A stretch of DNA of 64,000 nucleotides from Phyllobates terribilis (lineage: Eukaryota), in contig NW_027362771.1 in the NCBI RefSeq assembly GCF_046119375.1, positions 5,022,001 through 5,086,000 on the forward strand. Direction: 5' to 3'. Each line of letters opens with the position of its first letter. Position 1 is the first letter of the stretch. Position numbers and translations under genes: made by a program. The notes beneath the pieces were generated by a model. That model searched no databases and had not been told where the DNA came from. It saw only the letters and a program-made list of their open reading frames with translations. This document shows, one piece after another, positions 34,631 to 46,789 of the stretch.

Positions 34631-36859
34631 CTCAGCAGCTCCCTTCTATCCCTGCCTGTGCATATGTGTTTCTTTCAGTGTGTGCTTGCACTCTGAAGGT
34701 GCCAGGTCCCGTCCTGTTTCCCTGTCCGCCCTTCCTGGAGGCTGTATTTCCAGGCCTGTCTGAACTAAGTCCTGTATGTCTCCTGCCTTGCGGTGTCAGC
34801 TCCCGTGTCTGAACTGTGTCCTGTATGTCTCCTGCCTTGCGGTGTCAGCTCCCGTGTCTGAACTGTGTCCTGTATGTCTCCTGCTTTTTGGTATTAGTTC
34901 CCGTGTCTGAACTAGTCCTGTATGTCTCCTGCTTTACGGTATTAGTTCCCGTGTCTGAACTAAGTCCTGTATTTCTCCTGCCTTGCGGTGTCAGCTCCCG
35001 TGTCTGAACTGTGTCCTGTATGTCTCCTGCTTTACGGTATTAGTTCCCGAGTCTGAACTGAGTCCTTTCTGTGTTCTCTAGTCTGCCCTGTCTGAACACG
35101 CTCCTTGCCTGTTCGTTCCGCCTCTCTGGGGGCAGTATTCCCAGACCCGCTCCTGTATCCTGCTGCAGTGTCGGTCTCCTCCGTACACTCAGTTCCGGTC
35201 TGAACTCTCTCCTATCCTTTACCTGTTTTGCCTTTATGCCCGTTCCCTTCCTGTCTGTTCAGTGTGAACAGAGCCCTTTCCTCCCTGCTCCGTCGTCTGC
35301 ACTCTAGTTGTGCTTGCCTGTACCCCTCTGCCTGTATTGTTCCTGAATCCCGGTGTGTACTGGGTCCTATCCCGTCTGTGTTCCTACTTGCTAGTGCCTC
35401 CCTGTCTGCACTCTATCTGTGCTTACCTTTACCCGCCTGCCTGCATACCCGCCTGCCTGCATACCAGTCTGTTCCTGTATTCCCCTGTGTGGGTCAACAG
35501 CCGTGTCCGGGGTCTGTCCTGGAGTAGCACCTGGTCCCTCTGCTCGGTTCCTCCTTGGTGCTCTGGCGTCGTATGCCGTCGTGCCACCTTGGTCGGATCG
35601 GGTAGATACTTAGTTACGCCCCTCCATGCATTCACTCTCCGGCACGGTCCAGTGGAATCACTACCAATCACACGCACACGCCGCTTAGCCCGGGCGTGTG
35701 CATAACAGCTGGCTAGCCCAGTCTGGGCTAAAAACGACAATGTCGTCAAGGTAGGCTGCGGCATACTTCTTATGTGGGGCTAGGATCCAATCCATAGCGC
35801 TCTGGAAGGTGGCTGGGACCCCCTGTAGCCCGAACGGCATCCGAGTGTATTGAAATCACCCATCCAGTGTCTAGAAAGCAGTCTTCTCCTTGGCCGTCTG
35901 GAACATGGGGATCTGCCAATAGCCCTTCGTCAGGTCGAGAGTGGTGATGTATCTCACCGGTCCAAGCCTCTTGATGAGTTCATCAATGCGGGGCATCGGG
36001 TATGCGTCACACTTGGACACCTCATTCAGCCGGCGGTAGTCATTACAAAACCTCCACTCTCCATTGGGCTTTGGCACGAGGACGATTGGGTTCGACCACC
36101 CACTCTTTGACTCCTCTATCACACCGAGGTCTAACATCCTCTTCATCTCGGCCGAGATCACCTCCCGGCGTCCTTCCACAATCCAATAAAGCTTCAGATT
36201 CACTCTTACATTTGTTTCTGTTAGTACTTCATGCTCTACCACCTGAGTATGCCCCGGCAACTCTGAGAACAGCTCCCGATTCTGCTGTAGTAGTTCTCGA
36301 CATTGTTGCTTCTGGGCTGGCGATAGTCTCTGCTATAGTGACCTCTTCCACCTTGCCTTCGGGAGTGGCTCCCAGGCAAGGAGTTTCCACAGGCTCCAAG
36401 TCCCACCACGGCTTGAGCAAGTTCACATGGTATACTTGGTGCGGCTTTCTTCGACCAGGCTGGTGGACTCGATAGCTCACTTCACTGAGTTTCTCCACCA
36501 CCCTCATACGGGCCTTGTCACTTGCCCAGGAGCTTAATTTCGACAGTGGGATTGAGAACCAGAAAGCGATCCCCAGGCTGGAACTGTCTCAGCCTTGCCA
36601 ACCGGTTATACACCCTTGCCTGGGCTTCCTGCCCCCAGAGTAGATGTTCCTTCACGATGGGCATCATTTTCGCCATTCTCTCCTGTAACTGGGCGACATG
36701 TTCGACAATGCTCTGGTGGGGAGTGACCTCGGCCTCCCAGGTTTCCTTGGTGATGTCTACGAGACCCCTTGGATGTCGACCATATATAAGCTCGAACGGA
36801 GAGAAGCCAGTGGAGCATCGCTTTTAGGGGCTTATTGAATTGCTCCACCAGGCCATTGG

Positions 36860-37293
36860 TGTTAGAACCCTCCTGTTAGTTTTTGCTATCTATTGTTTTG
36901 CGGTCATGTGACCATCTGCCTATATATTCCAGCTCCGCCCTTCTGGCTTTGCTGGATTTCAATGTTGTTTGACTGTCTCTCTAGCCAGGTGCTTCGGTGC
37001 CTATCTCTGTCTAGTTTGCTTGGTCCTCTGGGACCTCTATTACTTTTCGTCAGTTTGTCTTTTGTGCTCTGCAACAACTTCTGTTTAGGAGGTGTCCCAT
37101 TTTTTTCCCAGTCCTTAGTTCTTTTAGGGACCCCTCCCTTAATTCTATAGGTCTTCGTTCAGACTAGCCGAGGACAAAGGCTGGTCTTTTCACAAGGAAA
37201 AGGCAGCCCGCTACATCGTAGGGATTCAGCTTAGTCTTACTGTAGGGACAGCTTTCCTCTATCTTTCCTTAGTTTATGTTGCAGATCATAACA
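36860..37293. mobile_element. Solo LTR inserted in the Gmr1 integrase
   Basis: TGTTAG...ATAACA with 5-bp TSD ATTGG (36855-59, 37294-98). Integrase reads ...HPQTN on one side and LVEQFN on the other. Confidence 0.9.
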
Positions 37294-39539
37294 ATTGGTC
37301 TGCGGATGGTAAACGAAGGTTTGCAGCTGGGTAATCTGAAGCACTTTACACAGCGTCTTCATCACCTTGTTCATGAATGGGATTCCTTGGTCCGTCAGGA
37401 TTTCCTTCGGCAGGCCGGTCCTGGCAAAGATGTGGACAAGCTCCTGAGCTATGCTTCTACTGGACGAGTTCCTTAAGGGTACCGCTTTGAGGCTCCAGGT
37501 CGCATAGTCCATGACGACCAACATGTATTGATGGCCCGGGCTGATTTAACTAAGGGACCCACGAGGTCCATGTCAATCCTCTCGAAGGGAACTTCTATCA
37601 CAGGTAGTGGAACTAAGGGACTACGGAAGTGGGAGGTGGGTGCAGTTATCTGGCAGGTGGGGCAGTACCTACAATAATTTAAGATCTCCTGGTAACATCC
37701 TGGCCAATAAAACCTCACTATTCGCTCCTGAGGTTTTTCAACCCCTAGGTGTCCTCCCAGAATATGGCCATTCCAGGTATGGCCCTGGAATGAACAGCTG
37801 TTCCACTACCTTTTCACCTTTCAGTTTGGTTACCCGGTATAACAGGTCCCCCTGAACTGCAAAGTATGGGTACCTGGTGTCCGTCTCCGGCTCTTGGGCA
37901 ACACCATTACAAACCATAACATTGTCCCACGCCCCTTTCAAGATCAAGTCCCAAACTTGAGCTGCCCCAAAGTTCTCTCCGGGCACCTCTAACTCAGGGC
38001 GGTCAGCCTCCTCAGTCACAGTCTTGTCCTCATCACTGACAAGGACACACAGTGGAAACCCATCCACTTCCAATGTCGACTGGGGTATTTCTCTAGGGTC
38101 CTGGCTTTTATCCACGTGACTGAGTCTGGATCCCTTCCCCCACAAATCCCAGAACAAGGGAAATTGCGCCCCTATATGATGGGATGTATCAGGTCCTTTA
38201 CCACCCCAACCTCGTGGGATTGGGCGCCACCGTCTGTCCAACTGTCACTCTGGCCACCGGGAAGTTATTGGCATCCCCATGTATGCAGCGGATGCCCACA
38301 GATCTGGCGGGGAGCAGCTTGTGGGCAAGGGTGGCACTGATCAAGGTCACCAGACTCCCGGAGTCCAACAGCCCCAGGACCATCACTCCATTAATGGACA
38401 CTGCATACAACTGTGGCCCCTGTCGGGTTGACAGTCCACACTGCAGGCTGGGTAAGCATAGTATGAACATCGTCTGCCTAGGCTGCAGTCCATTGGCTTA
38501 GCAGACTTATGACACTGGGCGGCTATGTGTCCCGGACTGCAACATCACCAATAGATCACATCCTTCACAACAGACCTTGCAGCCCCTTCAGTGGAAGTGG
38601 AATGCCCCCCAGTTGTGGCTCTGAACCCCTTCCGTGGTGGACCCACCCCCTTTTGGGCACTCCAGTAAGGAGATGTGGCGTTGTCGGGTTTCCCCAGGGA
38701 TTTTTCGACCACTTGGTATCTCTCTACCACACCTACTAGGTTGTCTGTGTTCCAAGGGTCGCCCTGGGCAACCCAGGTCTGCACCGGCCTGGGTAGGGAC
38801 TAGATGAACCTGTCCATCACCACACGCTCAACCACCTGGGCAGGAGAGGAAGACTCTGGCTACTGCCATTTCTGTACAAGGTGTAACAAGTCAAACATCT
38901 GTGAGCGTGGAGGTCTGTCGCCAGCATTCGCCCGGTGGTGGACCCTTTGTGCTCTGACAGACATAGTCACTCCTGAGCTTGCCAATATTTTGGTTTTTAA
39001 TTCGGCGTATTCCTTTGCGTCCTGTAAAGTCAGATCATAATAAGCCTACTGCAGTCAAATATGGCGCCAGAACCTCCGCCCACTGCTCCAGCGTCAATTT
39101 CTCCCTTTCCGCCACCCTCTCAAAAACAGCCAGGAACGCCTAACATCATCCCCCAGGGTCATCTTCTGTAACGCTCTCCTTACCGTCTTCATGACGTATG
39201 CATTATCACCCAGACTTGTCAGAGCCGTCGCCTTGCCACAGATTGCCTCTGCAAGTAACTCGATCTGCTGTTGTTGTTGGCGATGCTGATCCTGTTGCTG
39301 TTTCTAGAGCTGAACCTGTTGTGTCAGCAGCTTAGTGGTCTCGTTGCTGCTGTAGCTGCTCATGGTGCTGCTGCTGCATGCTCTGATAGCTCTGCAAGTG
39401 CTGTTGCTGCATGCTCTGCTGGCTCTGCACCAGGTGCTTAATTAGCTCTACCATGCTGCTGGACGTCTTCTGCTGGCTGGCAGCCTTCACCCAAGACATC
39501 CATCGGTCTCTGTAGCAGGTACACGTGTTCCTGGAATCT

Positions 39540-39557
39540 TGCCCGCATTCTCCACCA
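39540..39557 (-). other. Primer-binding site complementary to the tRNA-Ala(AGC) 3' end
   Basis: Minus strand TGGTGGAGAATGCGGGCA, 2 nt after the LTR end. The plus strand TGCCCGCATTCTCCACCA matches my recollection of the vertebrate tRNA-Ala 3' terminus. Confidence 0.8.
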
Positions 39558-39559
39558 AC

Positions 39560-40154
39560 TGTGGTAAGACGCCTCACTCTGCCGCTTCCGGCCGGAACCG
39601 TTTTTTCTCTGCAGGCTGTATTTCGTGGCATAAAGCCCTGTAGCTCCAGCAAAAATAAACACAGCCTTACTGGCAAAACAACAAAACAAAAGATAAACGA
39701 TAGCACAGTCCATAGCAGTGTGGGATTAACCACACAGGTTGTAGACCCAGCTTTCAGCTCCTCTCTGAGCTGTTGCCTTTCAGTCTGGAGTCTTTGCCAC
39801 TCCAAACTCAACAACAGAGAAAAAAAAAAAAAAACAGGACTGAACATTTAAACTTTGCTCAGCCACACCTTGAGATCTGGAGAGCGATGGATTGTAGATC
39901 AATTATGTTCATTAGAACGTAGGTTTCTTGCTTTTCTCATAATGGATTCCTTTAACCCCTTAACTACTCACAATTGACATATCCATGACGTCCCTCCCAT
40001 CTCTATGTCATGCGCATAAAACCACACCCTTTAAAAGAGTTAACCCTCAGCATATAACATGCTGGCAGAAAGTTTATTGGTTCTAGTTCACACAGGCTAG
40101 CAACCTGCATAACACATACCTCTCCTCATATACCATACCAGTGACTTTATCACA
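39560..40154 (-). repeat. 5' LTR of the Gmr1 element
   Basis: TGTGATA...CTTACCACA on the minus strand, followed by the PBS. Confidence 0.88.
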
Positions 40155-40981
40155 CCATATATTGTGCCCTGCTCATGCTTCTGGAGACATGCGGCCCCGT
40201 AAATCAGGCGGGCTCTCCTCACTATAAGAATGCCAAACATGTGGATGCTGAATGTGGTTTACGCACACTGGGGCTCAGAAAGGAGAGAGGCATTTGGAAG
40301 AGCAGAATTCGTTGGATTTCTGTTGGGGCCAATGAGCCATATTGCTTTTTCAGAGCCTTTGTGCTCCCAGTAACGTGCAGGACTCCTATATTTATGTTAA
40401 CAGATGATGGACCTGAGTGGTGTCTTGCTCTTTTTGTGGATTGAGCTGAAGCCTTTCTCCGGAACATTTCAAAAAACATTTTGCATTACATTTAAAGTTT
40501 TTGCTTAGTCATCCCCATGTCAACCATCGACTCCCCAGTGATTATGTCACGGGGTACTGGAGAGGTAAGAGAAGGAGCGCTCTCCCATTCACTATCTTGA
40601 TTGCAGCATCTAGAAGATAGCAAAGGGTTGACATCATGGGGACTTGATCCAATCAGGTTCCAATGATGTCACCTGTCAGAGTTATTGCTCCGTACAGGAA
40701 TCACAGCGCTTGCAGGACCATTGGAGTCCTGAGCGCTGCAGGACCAAAGACCGTTGATAAATGTTGGCGCTGCACAAAGCTCAGCAAGCACTGATGTTTA
40801 TCTACAGTGGGCAGTCAGGAAGTGGTTAACGCAAAATGAATATACGCACCTTCCCCTGCCCACAATCCCGTCCACCCCTCTGCGCCGGTGTCAGTGATTC
40901 AGTCAGAGTATACGCGAAGATCGCATCACAATCCTCGGATTGTCTGTCTGCTCTCCTGAGCGTGATTTCTGCATAGATATA

Positions 40982-42137
40982 CAGGTGCATCTCACAAAAT
41001 TAGAATATAAACAAAAAGTTAATTTATTTCAGTTCTTTAATACAAAAAGTGAAACTTATATATTATATAGAGTCACTACAAACAGAGTGAGAGTGATCTA
41101 TTTCAGGTGTTTATATCTGTTAATGTTGATGATTATGGCTTACAGCCAATGAAAACACGAAAGTCATTATCTCAGCAAACTAGAATAATTAGCAAAAAAC
41201 ACCTGCAAAGGCTTCTAAGCATTTAAAAAGGTTGCTTAGTCTGTTTCAGTAGGCTCCACAATCATGGGGAAGACTGCGGACTTGACAGATGTCCAGAAGG
41301 CAGTAATTGACACTAAGTAAATGCAAAGTAAATTTTGCATTTCATTTGGAAATCAAGGTCCCAGAGTCTGGAGGAAGAGTGGAGAGGCACACAATCCAAG
41401 CTGCTTGAGGTCTAGTGTGAAGTTTCCACAATCAGTGATGGTTTGGGCAGCCATGTCATCTTCTGGTGTAGGTCCACTGTGTTTTATCAACACCAAAGAC
41501 CCAGACGTCTACCAGGAAATTTTAGAGCACTTCATGCTTCTCTCTGCAGACAAGCTTTTTGTGGATGGAAATTTCATTCTCCAGCAGGACTTGGCACCTG
41601 TCCACACTGCCAAAAGTACCAATACCTAGTTTAAAAGCAACAGTATCACTGTGCTTGATTGACCAACAAACTTGTCTGACCTTAACCTCATAGGGTATTT
41701 TCAAGAGGAAGATGAGAGACACCAGACCCAACAATGCAAACAAGCTTGAAGGCTGCTATCAAAGCAACCGGGGCTTCCATAACACCTCCGCAGTGCCACA
41801 GGCTGATCACCTCCATGCATTGATGCAATAATTGATGCAAAAGGAGCCCCGACCAAGTATTGAGTGCATTTACTGAACATACATTTCAATAGGCCAACAT
41901 TTCGGATTTTAAAACATTTTTCAAGCTGTGGTTATAAAGTATTCTAATTTACTGAGATAATGACTCTTGTGTTTTCATTGGCTGTAAGCCATAATCATCA
42001 ACATTAACAGAAATAAACACTTCAAATAGATCACTCTGTTTGTAATGACTCTATATAATAGGAGTTTCACTTTTTGTATTGAAGAACTGAAATAAATTAA
42101 CTTTTTGATGATATTCTAAATTTGTGAGATGCACCTG
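40982..42137 (+). mobile_element. Internally deleted Tc1 with long (about 200-bp) TIRs
   Basis: TA-CAGGTGCATCTCACAAAATTAGAATAT ... TTTGTGAGATGCACCTG-TA. MGKTADLTDVQK start is joined directly to GNQGPRVWRK...QQDLAPVH. Confidence 0.92.
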
Positions 42138-43990
42138 TACATGCTGCCAGCCTCAGGTCAGGAGAACAGACTGCCAGTGCGAGGATTTGGATGCGATCCT
42201 TTCCTCAAGAAATAAGGCAGTCTCACTGAATCATTGACGTCATGTGCAGACAGGTGGGCAGGATTATGAGCGGGGAAAGGGATGAATATTAATTTTGAAT
42301 TTACATGCACACTGGCTAAGCAATGATATCCAGGATAGATCTGGAGAGCGATTTATTGGAGATCAATTATGTTCATTAACTCCCCACGATTGACATATCC
42401 ATCATAGAGCATATCAGGGACGTTGGAGCGGGGTCTCAGAAGCAGAGCCTGCTCCACACAGCGCAGATGCCAACAATGTAGCTGACATCTGCCTCTAAAA
42501 GCTGCAATTTGTGCTATTAACCTTTTAAAGAGCTGAAACATTTTTCTGGATTCAATTACCCACTCAGAGTATTTCGTGCTCTGTGGTACATTTTGGTGTT
42601 ATATAACACTCCCAAACAGCATTGAAATTTTTTTCTCTACTCAATTACCCATCCATATACTATTACGTGACCTGTGGTACATTGCGGTGGCATACAACAC
42701 TCCCAAAAAGCATTGAAACATGTTTCTGGATTCAGTTAGTCACCCATAGAGTATTTTGTGCTTTGCAGTACATTTTAGTGTTATATAACACCCCAAAAAG
42801 TGTTTCTGGATTCATAAAAGTAAAAGGTAAAGTAAAGACACTAGCGCCCAAGGGGGGATAAGTACTGCTGAAAGTTGCTGACAGAAAAACAGGTCCTGTG
42901 CAGCAACCCCATGGAGAAAGCTGATGAGATAAAAATTGCTCAGATAACCCCTTCAAAAATCATGTTAATTCAAATTTACACACTGGTATCTATGATCAAT
43001 ACCTCTCTATAAATAGAAGAAATCTGTGGTGATTCTGCTAACACCAGTGTTTAGGCTATAGATATTAGGCTTATAGATATTAGGATAGGATATTAGGATA
43101 TAGATATTAGGCTATAAGTTTAGGCTAACATCTAGTGTTTAGGCTATAGATATTACATATAGAATATAAGTAATTCACCAATTTCTTTATATTAAAAAGT
43201 ATCAGTTTATAATGCTACAATTAGTAACCACCGCAGACCTAGAATTTCAGCTAGCAATCATGCATGTGGAACATATGAAGGAGTAACAAAAATAAGACTT
43301 ACGGTTTGCTGATATATTCAGCTATAGTTCACTGGAGGATGGGAGTTATCCTTGCACCTCTGAATGCTCCTGTATGTACTGGTGTCTGCTGTAGGAATCC
43401 TGTATCTAGAAGCATTTAGAAATGGGCGCAAGCCTGCTAGTCGCAAGGTTCCGACAGTTGGCATCCCGGGCGAAGGTCGCTATGTACATTACATACGACC
43501 GGAAGCAGAGAAGGGGGTCCATCGATGCATTTGGAAGTAGTCATCACATCTCGTTCAACCAGCAGGCAGTAGCGACGGAATACTTGCCTCAAAGGATGCA
43601 ATAGCTGACAGCTAGAACCAGGGTCACATTCCTCAAAATGGAGGGTCAACTTCGTTGGTATGTGGTGGGTGTGATCTGAGACATAAGGGAGCAGGATGAA
43701 CCCTTCTTGAGAAATGAAAGAGCCTGGAAGAGGTGTCTGGAGATTGGGCTACCACCCCTAAAAAATCATATTGTCCTTGGGGATTCCCACCTCCTATGCA
43801 GTTGAATACGGTGGTGTAGGTGACACAAGGGGCTATCGTCCATTTATACATGTCGGGGGGCTTTGCAGTACCTAAATCTGGGTCAATTACACAGCCCAGG
43901 GACCTTGGAATCAGGCTCCAGGAAGCAGGCTGAGGCAGTCCCCCCTCAGCCTCCTAAGGAAGGAGGAGACGAAGCAGACACCTGGAGAGG

Positions 43991-44446
43991 ATTATGATAG
44001 TGGGGATGTCAGTGGAAAGGAAGTGAAGCAGCCAGGTGGTGAAATGGTCTAAGAAGGTGGTGGCTTGCCCTGGGGGTCGGTAAACGACGGCCAGTTGGAG
44101 GTTGGAGGGGGAATAGATGCGCACACAGTGCACCTCAAAAGAGGGGAGTGTAACGGAGGGTGGCAGTGGGATTTTGGTGAAAGCGCAGAGTTCTGATAGG
44201 AGGAAACCTACGCCTCCACCATGTTTGCCATTGGGGCGGGGGGTGTGGGAAAGGTGGAATCCGCCATATGAAAGGGCAGCTGGGGAGGCTGTGTCAGAGG
44301 GGGTGAGCCAGGTTTCGGTGATGGCGAGGAAGGAGAGTTTGTTTGTAATGAAAAGATCGTGGATGAAGGAAAGTTTGTTGCAGACAGAGCGAGCGTTCCA
44401 TAGAGCTCCTGTTAGTATAGCTGAGGAGGTGGGTATTAGTTGGATG
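43991..44446 (-). mobile_element. L2/CR1-clade LINE AP-endonuclease fragment
   Basis: Minus strand GALWNARSV...FLAITETWL...GGGVGFLL...VVYRPP...IPTII. Confidence 0.85.
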
Positions 44447-44464
44447 GGAAATGACTGCTCACAT

Positions 44465-46750
44465 TCAATTTAAAAACAAGAGATTTTTTGAACTACTTAA
44501 TTTTAAAAGATTCCATCTGCAAGTTTCTTAGAAACAATCATTTATGTTCTGAGGCCTCTTCAAACTTGATCAATAATATTAATCATAAGATCTTCTGGAG
44601 CTTAAAATATATCTATGACCACTTTAATAATGATTGCGAAATAGTTAAAATTCATACATGCTGAAATGGGAATCAGTATTGGGCAAATCTTTTAAACCAG
44701 AAGAATGGGAAATCGCTTTATCAGCAACTTTTTCATCCAACATTTCAATTCCCCTCCATGAATCTTATTTTAAGTTAGTTTCCAGGTGGTATTATACTCC
44801 TTTAAGACTATCACATATTAACCCTGACACATTACCTAATTGTTGGAGAAATTGCGGACTGAATGGAGATCTTTTTCACATTTTCTGGAAGTGTCCAAAA
44901 ATTAAACCCTTATGGATTCAAATATTCGATCTTATAAAAGAAATCTCTCATAATAAAGTAACTATATCTCCCCAGTTAGTTTTGCTTTCCATAGGAATAG
45001 AAAAAATTGAACCCTCGCTTAGATCTTTAATAATACATATCTTTTTGGTTGTAAAGAATGCTATTGCTTTACATTGGAAAAGTAACGAAACTCCTCTTTT
45101 CTCTGACATTTTAGAGAAAATCAATCTACACCGAATCTATGATTATAAATTTGATATAGAAAATAACTATTTTATTAGATGTACTAAAAAATGGGAACGT
45201 TGGCTGGAAATATCCCAATAGTCAATTAATTTGTTTTATGTTCACTTTAACCCCTTTTCAACCCATGCCGTATTAGTACGCATAAGTTGCAATCCCCCCG
45301 TTCAGTGAGGGCTGCTGCATTGAGCCCGCACTGAACTGAGCACATGTCAGCTGATTCTTACAGCTGACATGTGCCCGCAACAGCCGTGGGTGGAATCGCG
45401 ATCCACCCGCGGCTGTTAACATGTTAAATGCCGCTGTCAATCTCCGACAGCGGCATTTAACGCGCGCTTCCGGGAAGCGCGTCCTAAGCCCCGCCCATCG
45501 GCGACCCCGTTACGTGATCGCGTGTCACCTATGGGTCGCCGTGACAACCCAGGGTCTGCAGCAGACGCCTGTGGTTGTCATGAGCTGGTCGCTATGAGCG
45601 CCACCTAGTGGTCGGCGCTCATAGCACAGGACCAATTCTGCTATATGCAGGGGATCTGCTGATCCCCTGTATGTAGTAGAGGCGATCGGATAGCTGCTGC
45701 TTCTAGTCTCCTATGGAGACTATTGAAGCAAGCAAAAATTGAAAAAAAAAAAGTTTTTAAAAATATAAAAAAAATGAAAACTATATAAAAGTTTAAAATC
45801 ACCCCCCTTTCACCCCATTCAAAATAAAATATTTAAAAAAAAACCCTACATAGACATATTTGGTATCGCCGCGTTCAGAATCGCCCGATCTATCAATATA
45901 AAAAAATAATTAATCCGATCGGTAAATGGCGTAACGAGAAAAAAATTCTAAACGCCAGAATTAGGTTTTTTGGTCACCGCAAAATTGCAATAAAATGCAA
46001 TAACGGGCGATAAAAACATTGGATCTACCCCAAAATGTTATCAATAAAAATGTCAGCCCGGCCCCAAAAAATAAGCCCTCACCCAGCCCCAGATCCCGAA
46101 AAATGGAGACGCTACAGGTCTTAGAAAATGGCGCTATTTTTTTTTTTACCAAATTTTGGAATTTTTTTTCACCACTTAAATATAAAAGAACCTACACATG
46201 TTTGGTGTCTATGAACTCGTAATGACCTGGAGAATAAGAATGGCAGGTCAGTTTTAGCATTCAGTGAACGTGGTAAAAAAAATAAATAAAAAACAACTGC
46301 GGTATTGCACTTTTTTTGCAATTTTACTGCACTTGGAATTTTTTTCCCGTTGTCCCATACAAGATATGGTAAAACTAGTAATGACGTTGAAAAGTACAAC
46401 TCATCCCGCAAAAAATAAGCCCTCACATGGCCATATTGACCAAAAAATAAAAACGCTATGGCTCTGGGAACAAGGGGAGCAAAAAGCAAAAACGGAAAAA
46501 GCTCTGGTCCTTAAGGGGTTAAACCTTATGTTAGGTTAACTTGATTACTCAAAATATTCTGTAAAAATCAATACTTAACATATTTATGTCCTTACCCAAC
46601 TGCTGATTTGTAATATGATTTATGTTAATCTTGTATTCTAAGTTCTTCTAATGTTTGTTTGTATGTTACATTTTCCTTTCCTTTTCATTCCCTTGTCCCT
46701 TTCCTCTCTTTTCCCATGATTTAAAAATGTTAATAAAATTATTGAAACAT
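44465..46750 (+). mobile_element. 5'-truncated L1-clade LINE with 18-bp TSD
   Basis: ORF 44658-45221 carries the ORF2 C-terminal zinc motif (CWRNC...HIFWKCP). AATAAA near 46733. GGAAATGACTGCTCACAT at 44447-64 and 46751-68. Confidence 0.85.
45251..46518. mobile_element. piggyBac-type non-autonomous element in the L1 3' UTR
   Basis: TTAA-CCCCTT ... AAGGGG-TTAA (TSD 45247-50, 46519-22). No transposase. Confidence 0.8.
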
Positions 46751-46789
46751 GGAAATGACTGCTCACATATCCCCACCCCGGGGCGTAGT

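Larger units (their letters stand above)
31205..35707 (+). mobile_element. Young non-autonomous LTR element without pol
   Basis: 5-bp TSD GCTGG (31200-04, 35708-12). Two 1306-bp LTRs (31205-32510, 34402-35707) with three differences found by eye. PPT AAGGGGGGAGG near 34388-98. Internal region 1891 bp. Confidence 0.95.
30400..39499 (-). pseudogene. Gmr1 gag-pol remnant
   Basis: MSWVKAASQQ start; QMFDLLHLVQKWLQPE...VMDRF (SCAN-like); PGHIAAQC knuckle; LLDSGSLVTLI protease; DLVGPL and LTDQG integrase; WRFCNDYRRLN and YLDD RT; VQTEASEVGLGAVLSQ RNase H. Many lesions. Confidence 0.9.
29954..40154 (-). mobile_element. Full-length Gmr1-type Ty3/Gypsy element with two nested insertions
   Basis: 4-bp TSD CCAT at 29950-53 and 40155-58. 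LTRs 39560-40154 and 29954-30395 (TG...CA on the minus strand). PPT near 30396-30410. Order gag(SCAN)-PR-IN-RT-RH. Confidence 0.92.

Noticed and set aside
39332-39847. Poly-Q host protein
   Set aside because: It is LTR sequence read into the Gln-rich gag N-terminus, homologous to 47145 onward.
43040-43170. Telomere-like TTAGG repeats
   Set aside because: Degenerate TTAGGCTATAGATA low-complexity tract, not (TTAGGG)n.
43437-43649. Viral nucleoprotein-like motif KCIDGPP
   Set aside because: A few residues in a short ORF with no supporting context; not distinguishable from chance.
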